64,000 bases of DNA from an uncultured Methanosarcinales archaeon (GCA_964534665.1 CAZHRT010000002.1:42231-106230), one strand, 5' to 3'; positions 21,511-30,024 are shown, numbered from the stretch's first letter. Translations and numbers: made by a program. The notes: generated from the letters alone by a model not told the origin.

Positions 21511-22400
21511 TTTGGTTGTTTATGTCCTCCAAAACCAAACCTTAGAGATTGTACAACTTTCCCTTGATATCTTTTTGATTTCTTTGACTTAATCCTAGCT
21601 TTAACACTATCTTCAATCACTTGTACAGGAACTTTAAGTTCTTTTGCAGTCTTAATTGTCCATTCACCTTCTCCAGATAAACCAACAACACCATTATAAC
21701 CTTTTAATGCCTTAGAACTCTTGTAAGCATCTCTTGCAAGTTCAATTAACCAAGACCTTATTACAGAACCATTTGCCCAAACATCACACAACTTTTCTTT
21801 ATCTGGATTAAACTTAGATTTTTCAATAACTTCCATTCCTTCACCAATAGCCTGCATCATACCATACTCAATTCCATTATGCACCATCTTAACAAAATGT
21901 CCTGCACCTGGCTTTCCAAAATAACCATAACCTTTCTTTACACTTAAATCATTAAACAACTTTTCAGTTTTATTATAAGCTGTTAAATCACCACCAATCA
22001 TAAAATTAGCACCATTCCTAGCTCCAGAAATTCCACCAGATGTTCCAACATCCAAAAACTTTATTCCTTTTTTGTTTAATAGTGTAGCATGTTTTATACT
22101 ATCTTTATAGAATGAATTTCCACCATCAATTACAATATCTCCTTTTCTAAGATAAGGAATAATTGATTTTAAAGTAGCATCAGTTGCTTTACCAGCAGTA
22201 ACCATCAGCCAAATAACTTTATTTTTGCCTAATTTCTTCATTAATTCTTCAATAGAATACGCAGTGTCAATTTTATACTTTTTAATCTTATCAACTTTTT
22301 CTTTTGAACGATTATAAGCTATAACTTTATGTTTATGATTTTTAGCATTCAAAGCTAGATTAAAACCCATCTTTCCTAAACCAATAATTCCAAATCGCAT
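21507..22400 (-). CDS. gnd: 6-phosphogluconate dehydrogenase, short (~300 aa) decarboxylating form
   Basis: MRFGIIGLGKMGFNLA Rossmann, GAGHFVKMVHNGIEYGMMQAIGEG. Confidence 0.8.
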   Translation of the reverse strand: MRFGIIGLGKMGFNLALNAKNHKHKVIAYNRSKEKVDKIKKYKIDTAYSIEELMKKLGKNKVIWLMVTAGKATDATLKSIIPYLRKGDIVIDGGNSFYKDSIKHATLLNKKGIKFLDVGTSGGISGARNGANFMIGGDLTAYNKTEKLFNDLSVKKGYGYFGKPGAGHFVKMVHNGIEYGMMQAIGEGMEVIEKSKFNPDKEKLCDVWANGSVIRSWLIELARDAYKSSKALKGYNGVVGLSGEGEWTIKTAKELKVPVQVIEDSVKARIKSKKSKRYQGKVVQSLRFGFGGHKQPK

Positions 22401-22455
22401 GCTATCACCAATTTGTTTGTCAGTTAAATACTATATAAACATTTCTTTAAAAAAT

Positions 22456-22782
22456 TTAGAAAGTTGCTAAGAAATCTTCTAGTTTAGCATTATCGCCTTC
22501 TTGAGTCATTTCAGCTCTAAGAAATGCATCAACTCTTTCAAAATCAGGTCTATTTTGTATAGCCCCATATAAACTAAGAAATTGTTCTCCTGATAAATAG
22601 TGGCTAGGCTTAGGATTGGTTGCTCTTTCAACACCAGAAACCATCTTTATAGTTAATACTCTTTCATAAGAATTAATTGGCCTTTTTAATATTCTAGCAC
22701 CTTCAGCATCTAGTCGATATTCTGAAAAATAAAGTGTAGCTCCATCTTCTAATGATTTTTGTTGTTTTACACCTGGTACCAT
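22456..22782 (-). CDS. hypothetical protein
   Basis: 108 aa, atypical Arg/Glu/Leu-rich composition. Confidence 0.35.
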   Translation of the reverse strand: MVPGVKQQKSLEDGATLYFSEYRLDAEGARILKRPINSYERVLTIKMVSGVERATNPKPSHYLSGEQFLSLYGAIQNRPDFERVDAFLRAEMTQEGDNAKLEDFLATF

Positions 22783-22874
22783 ACAATATTAAGAATAATC
22801 TACAATTTAAAAACCTTTAGGACTTTTGTTTAAAAGGAAAACTATTATATATTAGTAAACCAAAACTTGAGAAT

Positions 22875-23108
22875 ATGGTATCAGCAACTCAAGTATTATT
22901 TATTGCAGGTATAACAAACTTAATCTTTCTAGTACTTGTTGCTTTAACATGCAGATGTATAACAGGCTTTAAGTTTGGTATTAAATGGTTGCAAAAATCA
23001 AAATTCAAGAAATTATATGATTGGCATTGTTATTACTGGATTGGTTTTTTTGTTTCAGTTATAATTCATACATTTTTAGCATTTTATTTATTCGGGTGGC
23101 CCTCTTAG
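22875..23108 (+). CDS. small two-TM membrane protein
   Basis: 77 aa, two hydrophobic helices. Confidence 0.35.
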   Translation: MVSATQVLFIAGITNLIFLVLVALTCRCITGFKFGIKWLQKSKFKKLYDWHCYYWIGFFVSVIIHTFLAFYLFGWPS

Positions 23109-23117
23109 GTGATTAAT

Positions 23118-23561
23118 ATGGAAAAGAAATTTTGGAGATGTAATGTTTGCAATGATGTGCATTATGGTAATTTAGGACCAATAATTTGTCCAACATGTGC
23201 AGCTGAAAACGCTTATTGCCAGATTGATGAAAATGAAGCTAATAATATAATTTTCGGCAAAGTAACAAAAGAGAATCAAACTTCTAAAGAACAAATCATG
23301 GAATGGTGGAAAACATTTACTGAAAAAAGCCAATTTAAGTTAAATCCTGATAATAAAATTGTAGAAATGGTAGCAACCGGTGTTTTAAGAAATGAACTTA
23401 AACACGGTCTTAAGATGTGCCCTTGCAGGCTACCAGATGGTACAAGGGAACGAGATCTTACATTAATCTGTCCTTGCAATTTTAAGTTACATGAATCATG
23501 GAAAAAAAGGGGAAGTTGCCATTGCAATCTTTTCCATAAATCAAAACAAATTTTGAGGTGA
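23118..23561 (+). CDS. rubredoxin-domain / ferredoxin-thioredoxin-reductase catalytic-subunit-like fusion (ferredoxin:disulfide reductase-like)
   Basis: N-term WRCNVCN...CPTCAAE rubredoxin knuckles; C-term CPCRLP...ICPCNF...SCHCNLF = FTR CPC..CPC..CHC signature; start moved to ATG 9 nt after AGGTGA (ORF track GTG at 23109 lies inside the SD). Confidence 0.7.
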   Translation: MEKKFWRCNVCNDVHYGNLGPIICPTCAAENAYCQIDENEANNIIFGKVTKENQTSKEQIMEWWKTFTEKSQFKLNPDNKIVEMVATGVLRNELKHGLKMCPCRLPDGTRERDLTLICPCNFKLHESWKKRGSCHCNLFHKSKQILR

Positions 23562-23567
23562 AATAAA

Positions 23568-24077
23568 ATGAAATGGTTAATTAGTTTATTAGTTATTTTT
23601 TTAATTGCATGTTCAACACAACCGGTTGAGGTTAAAGATGTTTCAGCATCAAGTATTGATTGGAGAGATGTTGAATTTAAAGATGTTTTAACAGATCAAA
23701 CTTTTAAGATAAATGATTTAGATAAACCTATTTTAATTGAAACTTTTGCAGTTTGGTGTCCAACTTGTCGAAAACAGCAAGAGGAAATCCAAAAACTTCA
23801 TCTAGATGTAGGGGATTCTGTAACATCTGTTTCACTTGATGTGGACCCATCAGAAGATGAAGCAAAAGTCATTAAGCATGCTAACACTTATGGTTTTGAC
23901 TGGCTTTGGTCAGTGTCACCAGGTGAAGCAACAAAATCTTTGATTGACGAATTTGGGATTCAAGTTGCTAATGCACCTTCTGCACCAATTATATTAGTAT
24001 GTGAAACTAAAACTAAACTTTTAGATTTTGGTGTTAAATCAGTTGAAGAACTAAAACAAGAGGTAGAGGCCTGTTAA
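23568..24077 (+). CDS. thioredoxin-fold lipoprotein (TlpA/ResA-like thiol-disulfide oxidoreductase)
   Basis: lipobox LIACS, FAVWCPTCRKQ CxxC active site; GAGGTGA SD. Confidence 0.7.
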   Translation: MKWLISLLVIFLIACSTQPVEVKDVSASSIDWRDVEFKDVLTDQTFKINDLDKPILIETFAVWCPTCRKQQEEIQKLHLDVGDSVTSVSLDVDPSEDEAKVIKHANTYGFDWLWSVSPGEATKSLIDEFGIQVANAPSAPIILVCETKTKLLDFGVKSVEELKQEVEAC

Positions 24078-24745
24078 TGGTTTTTCTTGTTGAATTACTT
24101 TTATCTTTTGGACTAGGTTTTGCAGCAAACCTAAACCCCTGTGTTTTACCTTTATACCCAGGGTTTCTTTCTTATATTGCTAATAAACCAGAAGTTGCAG
24201 AAAAGAAAAATTTTACAAGAACTGCAGGTTTCTATGTTTTAGCAGGCTTAATGATTTTTATGATTCTAATTGGAGTAATAACAGCTTCTTTAGGATTATC
24301 AATTGGCAATTTTGTAAGCACTGTTTCCCCAATAGCTTTTGGCATCTTAGTAATCCTAGGTGTATTATTGTTATTTAACATTGACCTTACAAAATTACTT
24401 CCACAATGGAAAACACCTGTATTAAAAAATCCTTATACCTCAGCATTAATCTTTGGTTTTTTATATGGTCCAATTGTCATTCCTTGTAATGCTCCTTTAG
24501 TTTTTGCAGTATTTGCTTTCTCAGCTAGCGTTACTGGTTTTCTTAACACATTTGCTTTGTTCATGGCATTTGGTTTAGGTCTTGGAATACCTTTAGTAAT
24601 CATAGGTTTCCTTTCAGCTGCAAAAGGCTCTTGGCTTATCAAGAAGTTTGTTAAATATCACACATTGATAAATCGTATTGCAGGCACATTACTTATAATA
24701 TTAGGATTATATGAATTAATTTTTGTATTTAGAATATTTGGGTGA
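24077..24745 (+). CDS. ccdA: CcdA/DsbD-family transmembrane thiol-disulfide electron transporter
   Basis: NLNPCVLPLYPGF (TM1 Cys) and VIPCNAPLVF (TM4 Cys), 6 TM. Confidence 0.65.
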   Translation: MVFLVELLLSFGLGFAANLNPCVLPLYPGFLSYIANKPEVAEKKNFTRTAGFYVLAGLMIFMILIGVITASLGLSIGNFVSTVSPIAFGILVILGVLLLFNIDLTKLLPQWKTPVLKNPYTSALIFGFLYGPIVIPCNAPLVFAVFAFSASVTGFLNTFALFMAFGLGLGIPLVIIGFLSAAKGSWLIKKFVKYHTLINRIAGTLLIILGLYELIFVFRIFG

Positions 24746-25734
24746 AAAAATTGTACAGTACAAAAGATAGATGCTTGGTTGTACAGATGTTGCTCTTAGA
24801 TCAATGTAATCTTAGATGTAAGCACTGCTATGTAGGCGATCAAAAATTTACACCAAGACAGATGCCTACACTTGACACTGTTAAAGATTGGGTTGATAAA
24901 ATAGAGACATTTTCTAAAGAAAACCAGTTTAAATCAACCAGTCTGCATCTATCTGGTGGAGAGCCTTTTGCACGTCTTGATATCTTTGAGATATTAGATT
25001 ATTGTAAATCTAAAAACATCTCAACATTTATTCTTAGCAACGGAACATTGTTTACAAAAGAAACAGCCGACAAATTAATGTCAAGAGGAATTAAAAATAT
25101 TCAGTTCAGTATTGAAGGCCCAGAAGAAATTAATGATAATATTCGTGGAAAAGGAGTTTATCAAAAAGTTATGAATGCAATAAAGATTGCAAAAGAACAA
25201 GGTATGGGTGTAACTGTTAGTATAACACTAAGCAAAAATAATATTTCAATAATTAAAGATTTTATTAAAGAATTAGATCATCTTAATTTAATGTTTCATA
25301 TTAGAGAATTAATGCCTATTGGTGACGGTGCTCATATGAATATAATTACACCTAATCAAAGAAAGGATTTTTTTGAATTTTCTAGAGATTATTCAGGAAA
25401 ATCAATTGTTAAACCAGAAGATCCAATACAATGTAGTATAAAAGATGGAAAAGTTAGAAAAGGTGGTTGTGTTGCAATGAGAAACCATTTTTGCATAGAT
25501 GTTGATGGTTCTATATTTCCATGCGGATTATTACGTGAAAACATAGGAAATATCAATAATTTACAAAAAGTTTATAATTCTGAAATGTCTAGAAAGCTTA
25601 GAAACCGTGAATTAGAAGGAAAATGCGGTGAATGTGACATGTCAGATAGTTGCGGGGGTTGTCGTGCCTATGCTTTTTATGAAAGCAAAAGCATGTTAGC
25701 AGAAGACAACAGATGTTTGCTAGAAACTATGTGA
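24742..25734 (+). CDS. radical SAM enzyme with C-terminal SPASM/twitch Cys cluster
   Basis: CNLRCKHCY CxxxCxxC; C-term CGECDMSDSCGGCRAY; GTG start overlapping upstream stop (GTGA). Confidence 0.75.
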   Translation: MKKLYSTKDRCLVVQMLLLDQCNLRCKHCYVGDQKFTPRQMPTLDTVKDWVDKIETFSKENQFKSTSLHLSGGEPFARLDIFEILDYCKSKNISTFILSNGTLFTKETADKLMSRGIKNIQFSIEGPEEINDNIRGKGVYQKVMNAIKIAKEQGMGVTVSITLSKNNISIIKDFIKELDHLNLMFHIRELMPIGDGAHMNIITPNQRKDFFEFSRDYSGKSIVKPEDPIQCSIKDGKVRKGGCVAMRNHFCIDVDGSIFPCGLLRENIGNINNLQKVYNSEMSRKLRNRELEGKCGECDMSDSCGGCRAYAFYESKSMLAEDNRCLLETM

Positions 25735-25744
25735 GGTGAAATAA

Positions 25745-25804
25745 ATGGGTGATGAAGGTTCCTGCGGTGGCGGTGGAAGTTGCGGCGGAGACAAAAAAGA
25801 ATAG
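25745..25804 (+). CDS. 19-aa Cys/Gly-rich peptide MGDEGSCGGGGSCGGDKKE (candidate precursor peptide)
   Basis: own translation; GAGGTGA SD 5 nt upstream overlapping rSAM stop; followed by T-tract. Confidence 0.4.
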   Translation: MGDEGSCGGGGSCGGDKKE

Positions 25805-25831
25805 GTGAAAAATTTCATCTAAAATTGATTA

Positions 25832-25851
25832 TTATTTTTTATTTTTTTATT
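25832..25851 (+). terminator. T-tract (archaeal-type) terminator after peptide gene
   Basis: TTATTTTTTATTTTTTTATT immediately before next gene SD. Confidence 0.4.
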
Positions 25852-25862
25852 GAGGTGAAAAC

Positions 25863-26489
25863 ATGAAAAAATATTTATTAATTTTAATTATATTACTAGT
25901 TGGATGTGAAGCTTATGTTAGTTCTCAAGATGTAGTCCCACTTGATTCTGTTGAGATAAGGGAATACAAAGGAAAGGATTTATCCAGTGTTAATGATTTT
26001 AGAGAAAATTCAATTAAGGGTCCACAATATATTGATCTTGATAACTATGAACTTAAAATTAGTGGCTTAGTAGAAGAAGAAAAAACTTACACTTATGAAG
26101 AAGTTCTAGCACACCAATCATATTCAAAAGTTGTAACACTATACTGTGTTGAAGGTTGGGACGCAACTATTCTTTGGGAAGGTGTTTTAGTTAAAGACCT
26201 TATTGGCGATATAAATCCAGAAGCTAACACAATAATCTTCTCAGCATATGATGGTTACACTACTGCTTTACCCTTAGATTACATACTTGATAATGATATT
26301 TTATTAGCTTACAAGATGAATAATATAACAATGCCACCCGAACGCGGATATCCTTTTGAATTAGTTGCAGAAGATAAAGCTGGTTACAAATGGATAAAAT
26401 GGGTAACAGAGATTGAATTAAGTAATGATGAAAACTATCTAGGATACTGGGAAAAACGTGGTTGGGACAATGATGCTAATTTAGAATAA
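25863..26489 (+). CDS. lipoprotein with molybdopterin-oxidoreductase-like (sulfite oxidase/YedY-MsrP family) domain
   Basis: lipobox LLVGC; LYCVEGWDATILWEGVLVKDLI resembles Oxidored_molyb Cys-ligand region; assignment by memory only. Confidence 0.4.
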   Translation: MKKYLLILIILLVGCEAYVSSQDVVPLDSVEIREYKGKDLSSVNDFRENSIKGPQYIDLDNYELKISGLVEEEKTYTYEEVLAHQSYSKVVTLYCVEGWDATILWEGVLVKDLIGDINPEANTIIFSAYDGYTTALPLDYILDNDILLAYKMNNITMPPERGYPFELVAEDKAGYKWIKWVTEIELSNDENYLGYWEKRGWDNDANLE

Positions 26490-26499
26490 AGGTGATAAT

Positions 26500-27513
26500 A
26501 TGAAAAAAATAATAAGTTTAATTGCATTGTTTTTATTGATTGGATGTTCCCCAGTAGTACAAGATACAACAACTCCAGAAAGTGTTGAAGAATTAGACAT
26601 GTCTCAACCACCTTTTGCAGTATTACCAGCAGAAGCAGGTGAATCACCAAAGATCATGATGACTGATGATGGTATAAAATATATTATTGATCCAGATAAA
26701 ATTCGTGGTGGTGGCCCACCTAAAGATGGCATACCATCAATTGATAATCCTAAATACGTTACTGTTTCTAAGGCAGATGAATGGATCGAAGATAATGAAC
26801 TTGTTCTAGCAATAATTTACAATGGTGTTAAAAGAGTTTATCCATTACAAATATTAGTTTGGCATGAGATTGTTAATGATTTTATTGAAAACGATCCAAT
26901 CTTAATCACATATTGTCCTTTATGCGGTTCTGGAATTGCATATGAAAGAAAAATCAATAATCTGGAAGTTGAATTTGGAACCTCTGGTAAATTATACAAC
27001 TCTAATCTTGTTATGTATGATAGAAAAACAGACACTTACTGGAGCCAGATTGATGGATTAGCAATTGTTGGAGAACTTACAGGCTATCAACTTACAGCAA
27101 TATCAATTGATACAGTTGTTTGGAAAGATTGGAAAGCAGCTCATCCTGATTCAGAAGTTCTTAGCCAAGATACAGGACATTCTAGAAATTATGGCAGGGA
27201 TCCTTATGGTAATTATTATGAAGATAGCTTTCTTTTCTTCCCTGTTGAAGCTGAAGACAACCGTATCCATGCAAAAACAGTAATTTTTGGAATTAACGTT
27301 GACGGTGTTTACAAAGCCTACAAAGAAGAAGATTTATTGACAAGCGATATCATAGACCTTGTTAATGATATTAATCTCATAGTTGAACGAGATGATGTAG
27401 GGATTGTTAAGGTAACTAACACAGATAGTGGAGAAGAAATTGTTAAAGAAAGAGATTTTTGGTTTGCATGGTATGCATTCCATCCAGACACTTTGTTATA
27501 TGAGGTGAAATAA
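26500..27513 (+). CDS. lipoprotein, hypothetical
   Basis: lipobox LLIGCS; 337 aa; CPLCGSG motif; no family recognised. Confidence 0.45.
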   Translation: MKKIISLIALFLLIGCSPVVQDTTTPESVEELDMSQPPFAVLPAEAGESPKIMMTDDGIKYIIDPDKIRGGGPPKDGIPSIDNPKYVTVSKADEWIEDNELVLAIIYNGVKRVYPLQILVWHEIVNDFIENDPILITYCPLCGSGIAYERKINNLEVEFGTSGKLYNSNLVMYDRKTDTYWSQIDGLAIVGELTGYQLTAISIDTVVWKDWKAAHPDSEVLSQDTGHSRNYGRDPYGNYYEDSFLFFPVEAEDNRIHAKTVIFGINVDGVYKAYKEEDLLTSDIIDLVNDINLIVERDDVGIVKVTNTDSGEEIVKERDFWFAWYAFHPDTLLYEVK

Positions 27514-27514
27514 A

Positions 27515-27985
27515 ATAAAATATATATTAATTGTAATAACCATATTATTACTTATTGGATGTACAGCTGAACAAGCAGATGTCCAGCCAGATGTAACAGA
27601 TACAATTGCAGATCTGCCGCCTGTTAATCCAACTCAAGAAGAGCCTAATACAGAAGAACCTATTGAAGAACCAGGACCAGAAAGCCTGCCACCTGAAAAA
27701 GGAGTAGCAGAAGATCTAGAACCAGACGCAGTAACAGAATCCACAGTCAATATTATTACAGTTGAAGAACTAGCATTACACGATAATGAAGAAGATTGCT
27801 GGATTGTTTATGAAGGCAGCATTTTTGATTATACAGGTGCTGGATTTCATCCAGCTATGGCAAAAGTATTTTGGAAATATTGTGGCGATGAAACTGGTTT
27901 TGAAGAAGGTGCAAAAGATAGACATTCAAATAGTGGTGTAGAAAGAGTTGAGAATTATGGTGAATATATAGGTGAACTAGAATGA
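27515..27985 (+). CDS. lipoprotein with cytochrome b5-like heme/steroid-binding domain; no canonical start codon
   Basis: own translation of frame after TGA at 27506: ...ILLLIGCTAEQADV...HDNEEDCWIVYEGSIFDYTGAGFHPA; no ATG/GTG/TTG between upstream stop and lipobox (candidate ATA/ATT start or frameshift). Confidence 0.35.
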   Translation: MKYILIVITILLLIGCTAEQADVQPDVTDTIADLPPVNPTQEEPNTEEPIEEPGPESLPPEKGVAEDLEPDAVTESTVNIITVEELALHDNEEDCWIVYEGSIFDYTGAGFHPAMAKVFWKYCGDETGFEEGAKDRHSNSGVERVENYGEYIGELE

Positions 27986-28125
27986 ACATGAAAGAAAATG
28001 ATGATATTACGGAAGAAAAAGAAGATGCAAAACAAAGATGTAAAGTTTGTGGCAAAGACTCTGGTGAAGACGGCCTTCACAAATGTGGGTGTTGTGGTCA
28101 ATGTTGTGAGTGTGGTGAGAAATGA
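27982..28125 (+). CDS. 47-aa Cys-rich peptide (metallothionein-like), ATGA-coupled on both sides
   Basis: own translation MNMKENDDITEEKEDAKQRCKVCGKDSGEDGLHKCGCCGQCCECGEK; AGGTGA 7 nt upstream. Confidence 0.4.
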   Translation: MNMKENDDITEEKEDAKQRCKVCGKDSGEDGLHKCGCCGQCCECGEK

Positions 28126-28928
28126 AAATATTTATTGATAGTGCAGATATTGATGAAATAGAAAAAGCCTATTCTTATGGTGTATTAGATGGTGTAACAA
28201 CAAACCCTAGCTTAATAAAAAAAGCTTCACAAAAACATAAAGTAAAAGATATGAATTCTTACATCAAGAAAATTCTTAAAGTTGCTCGTGGTACACCTGT
28301 AAGTTTAGAAGTTATTGGAAGCACGTATGATTCTATGGTTAAAGAAGGTAAAAAACTTTACAAGATGTTTAACCCGGTTGCAAAGAACGTTTACATAAAA
28401 GTTCCAGTAAATCCAGTTTTTGGTGATAAAATTAACCATTTTGATGGTTTAAAAGCTATTCAAGCATTTTCAAAAGCCAAGATTCCTGTAAACTGCACTT
28501 TAATCTTTACACCTGAACAAGCATTGTTAGCTGCTAAAGCAGGCGCTGCTTTTGTAAGCCCCTTTGCAGGGCGTATTGATGATTATATAAGAAAAGATAA
28601 TGGCAGAAATTTCAACAAAACAGATTATTTTCCAGAAGATGGTATAGAATCAAGAAAAGGCCTTTTGAATGATAACGGAATAGTTTCTGGTGTAGATTTA
28701 ATTGCACAAATAGTAGAAATATTTGATAATTACCAATTAAATACAGAAGTTTTAGCAGCTTCTATTAGAAATTCAAGACAAGCAAGAGAATCAGCTTTAG
28801 CAGGAGCAAACATCGCTACACTTCCTTTATCTGTAATTGAAGAATTACTTATACATCCAAAAACAATTGAAGGTATGGCAAAATTCACAGAAGATATTGT
28901 TCCTGAATATGCTAAATTGTTAAAATAG
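28122..28928 (+). CDS. tal: transaldolase / fructose-6-phosphate aldolase family
   Basis: MKIFIDSADIDEI...GVTTNPSLI signature. Confidence 0.75.
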   Translation: MKIFIDSADIDEIEKAYSYGVLDGVTTNPSLIKKASQKHKVKDMNSYIKKILKVARGTPVSLEVIGSTYDSMVKEGKKLYKMFNPVAKNVYIKVPVNPVFGDKINHFDGLKAIQAFSKAKIPVNCTLIFTPEQALLAAKAGAAFVSPFAGRIDDYIRKDNGRNFNKTDYFPEDGIESRKGLLNDNGIVSGVDLIAQIVEIFDNYQLNTEVLAASIRNSRQARESALAGANIATLPLSVIEELLIHPKTIEGMAKFTEDIVPEYAKLLK

Positions 28929-28930
28929 AA

Positions 28931-29416
28931 TTAACCTAAATAATTACTTGCTTCAGTACGTAAATTATCAATTTTTACTCCAAAACCACTAAGTCTTTCA
29001 ACTACAGCATCAAGTGCAGGAACTAATTGTTTGGCAGCTGATTGAACAGCTTCATATCTTTGATCTCTTGTTTCTAATCTTGCACTTGCAAGTGCTCTTG
29101 CTTCCCTAACAGGTGCATCTAAAGATTCTATTGTAGTATCAACACATTGCTGATAATTTGCTTCAATTTCTGCTCCAGCAGCTGGTTCACACATTGATAA
29201 ATCCATAAGAGGTTGCATATGGCTTTTACTTTGAGCTGCAGTTGCTGCATATTCAGTAGCAGTTTGTTCAGCAGCACGATATTCTGCATCAGCACTTTCA
29301 AATGTATCTCTAGCAGCTTCATATAATATAGTTTTTGAAACAAGAGAATGCAAATCTAGACTTAATCTTTGTATTTCCCCTAATTTAGGCATTCCATTAT
29401 CGTCGTTTTTAGCCAT
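28931..29416 (-). CDS. hypothetical Ala/Glu-rich coiled-coil protein
   Basis: 161 aa, atypical composition. Confidence 0.35.
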   Translation of the reverse strand: MAKNDDNGMPKLGEIQRLSLDLHSLVSKTILYEAARDTFESADAEYRAAEQTATEYAATAAQSKSHMQPLMDLSMCEPAAGAEIEANYQQCVDTTIESLDAPVREARALASARLETRDQRYEAVQSAAKQLVPALDAVVERLSGFGVKIDNLRTEASNYLG

Positions 29417-29508
29417 AATCTTGTTAACAGTTATGACTTTATAAAGCTGATCATTTTGTTACTACCCACAAGAAATAATGAAATAGCTTTGATTAAAATT
29501 TTAAATAT

Positions 29509-29541
29509 TTTTAACATAACCTTAATTTTAACATAACCTTA
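29509..29541. repeat. tandem 16-nt direct repeat TTTTAACATAACCTTA x2 in promoter region
   Basis: read directly; ~28 nt upstream of 29569 ATG; BRE/TATA-like content. Confidence 0.5.
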
Positions 29542-29568
29542 TATACTAACACAATTTCTAATCAATTT

Positions 29569-29952
29569 ATGGCAGAATTCGAACGTTCAAGAGGGAGAGG
29601 AAGAGGTTCTAGAGATAGTTCTTCAAGTAGAGGTAGACGTAGTTTTGATGATGGCCCAAGACGTAGTTTTGATGATGGTCCTAGAAGAAGAGATTCTAGT
29701 AGAGGGTCTGGTGGTTATGGCAGAGGTCGACGTGATGTTGAAATGACCAAAGTAACTTGTTCTTCTTGCGGTGTTGAATGTGAAGTCCCTTTCAAACCAA
29801 CTTCAAGCAAACCTGTTTATTGTAGTGAATGTTTTAGAAAAGATAAACCAGATTCTGGTTCTGATAGATCTTCTAAAGGAATTTCTGATAAAGACATTGA
29901 TCAAATTAACGAGAAACTTAATAAGATCATGAAAGCTTTAAAGATTGAGTAA
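29569..29952 (+). CDS. RG/RGG-rich protein with C-terminal CxxC...CxxC zinc ribbon
   Basis: RGRGRGSRDSSSSRGRR, internal tandem RRSFDDGP x2, CSSCGVEC...YCSECF. Confidence 0.5.
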   Translation: MAEFERSRGRGRGSRDSSSSRGRRSFDDGPRRSFDDGPRRRDSSRGSGGYGRGRRDVEMTKVTCSSCGVECEVPFKPTSSKPVYCSECFRKDKPDSGSDRSSKGISDKDIDQINEKLNKIMKALKIE

Positions 29953-30024
29953 ACTAATCCTATATTTGTAATTTATTAAATCCTATAACAAACATTTAAA
30001 AACATTGTAGATATCAACATTTTT

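Noticed and set aside
23276-27283. ORFs 23276..23527(-), 24433..24642(-), 26435..26650(-), 26838..27035(-), 27065..27283(+)
   Set aside because: All embedded in or antisense to motif-supported genes of the redox cluster.
27855-28055. minus-strand 66-aa ORF
   Set aside because: Antisense to the b5-like lipoprotein and Cys-peptide genes, which have SD sites and motifs.
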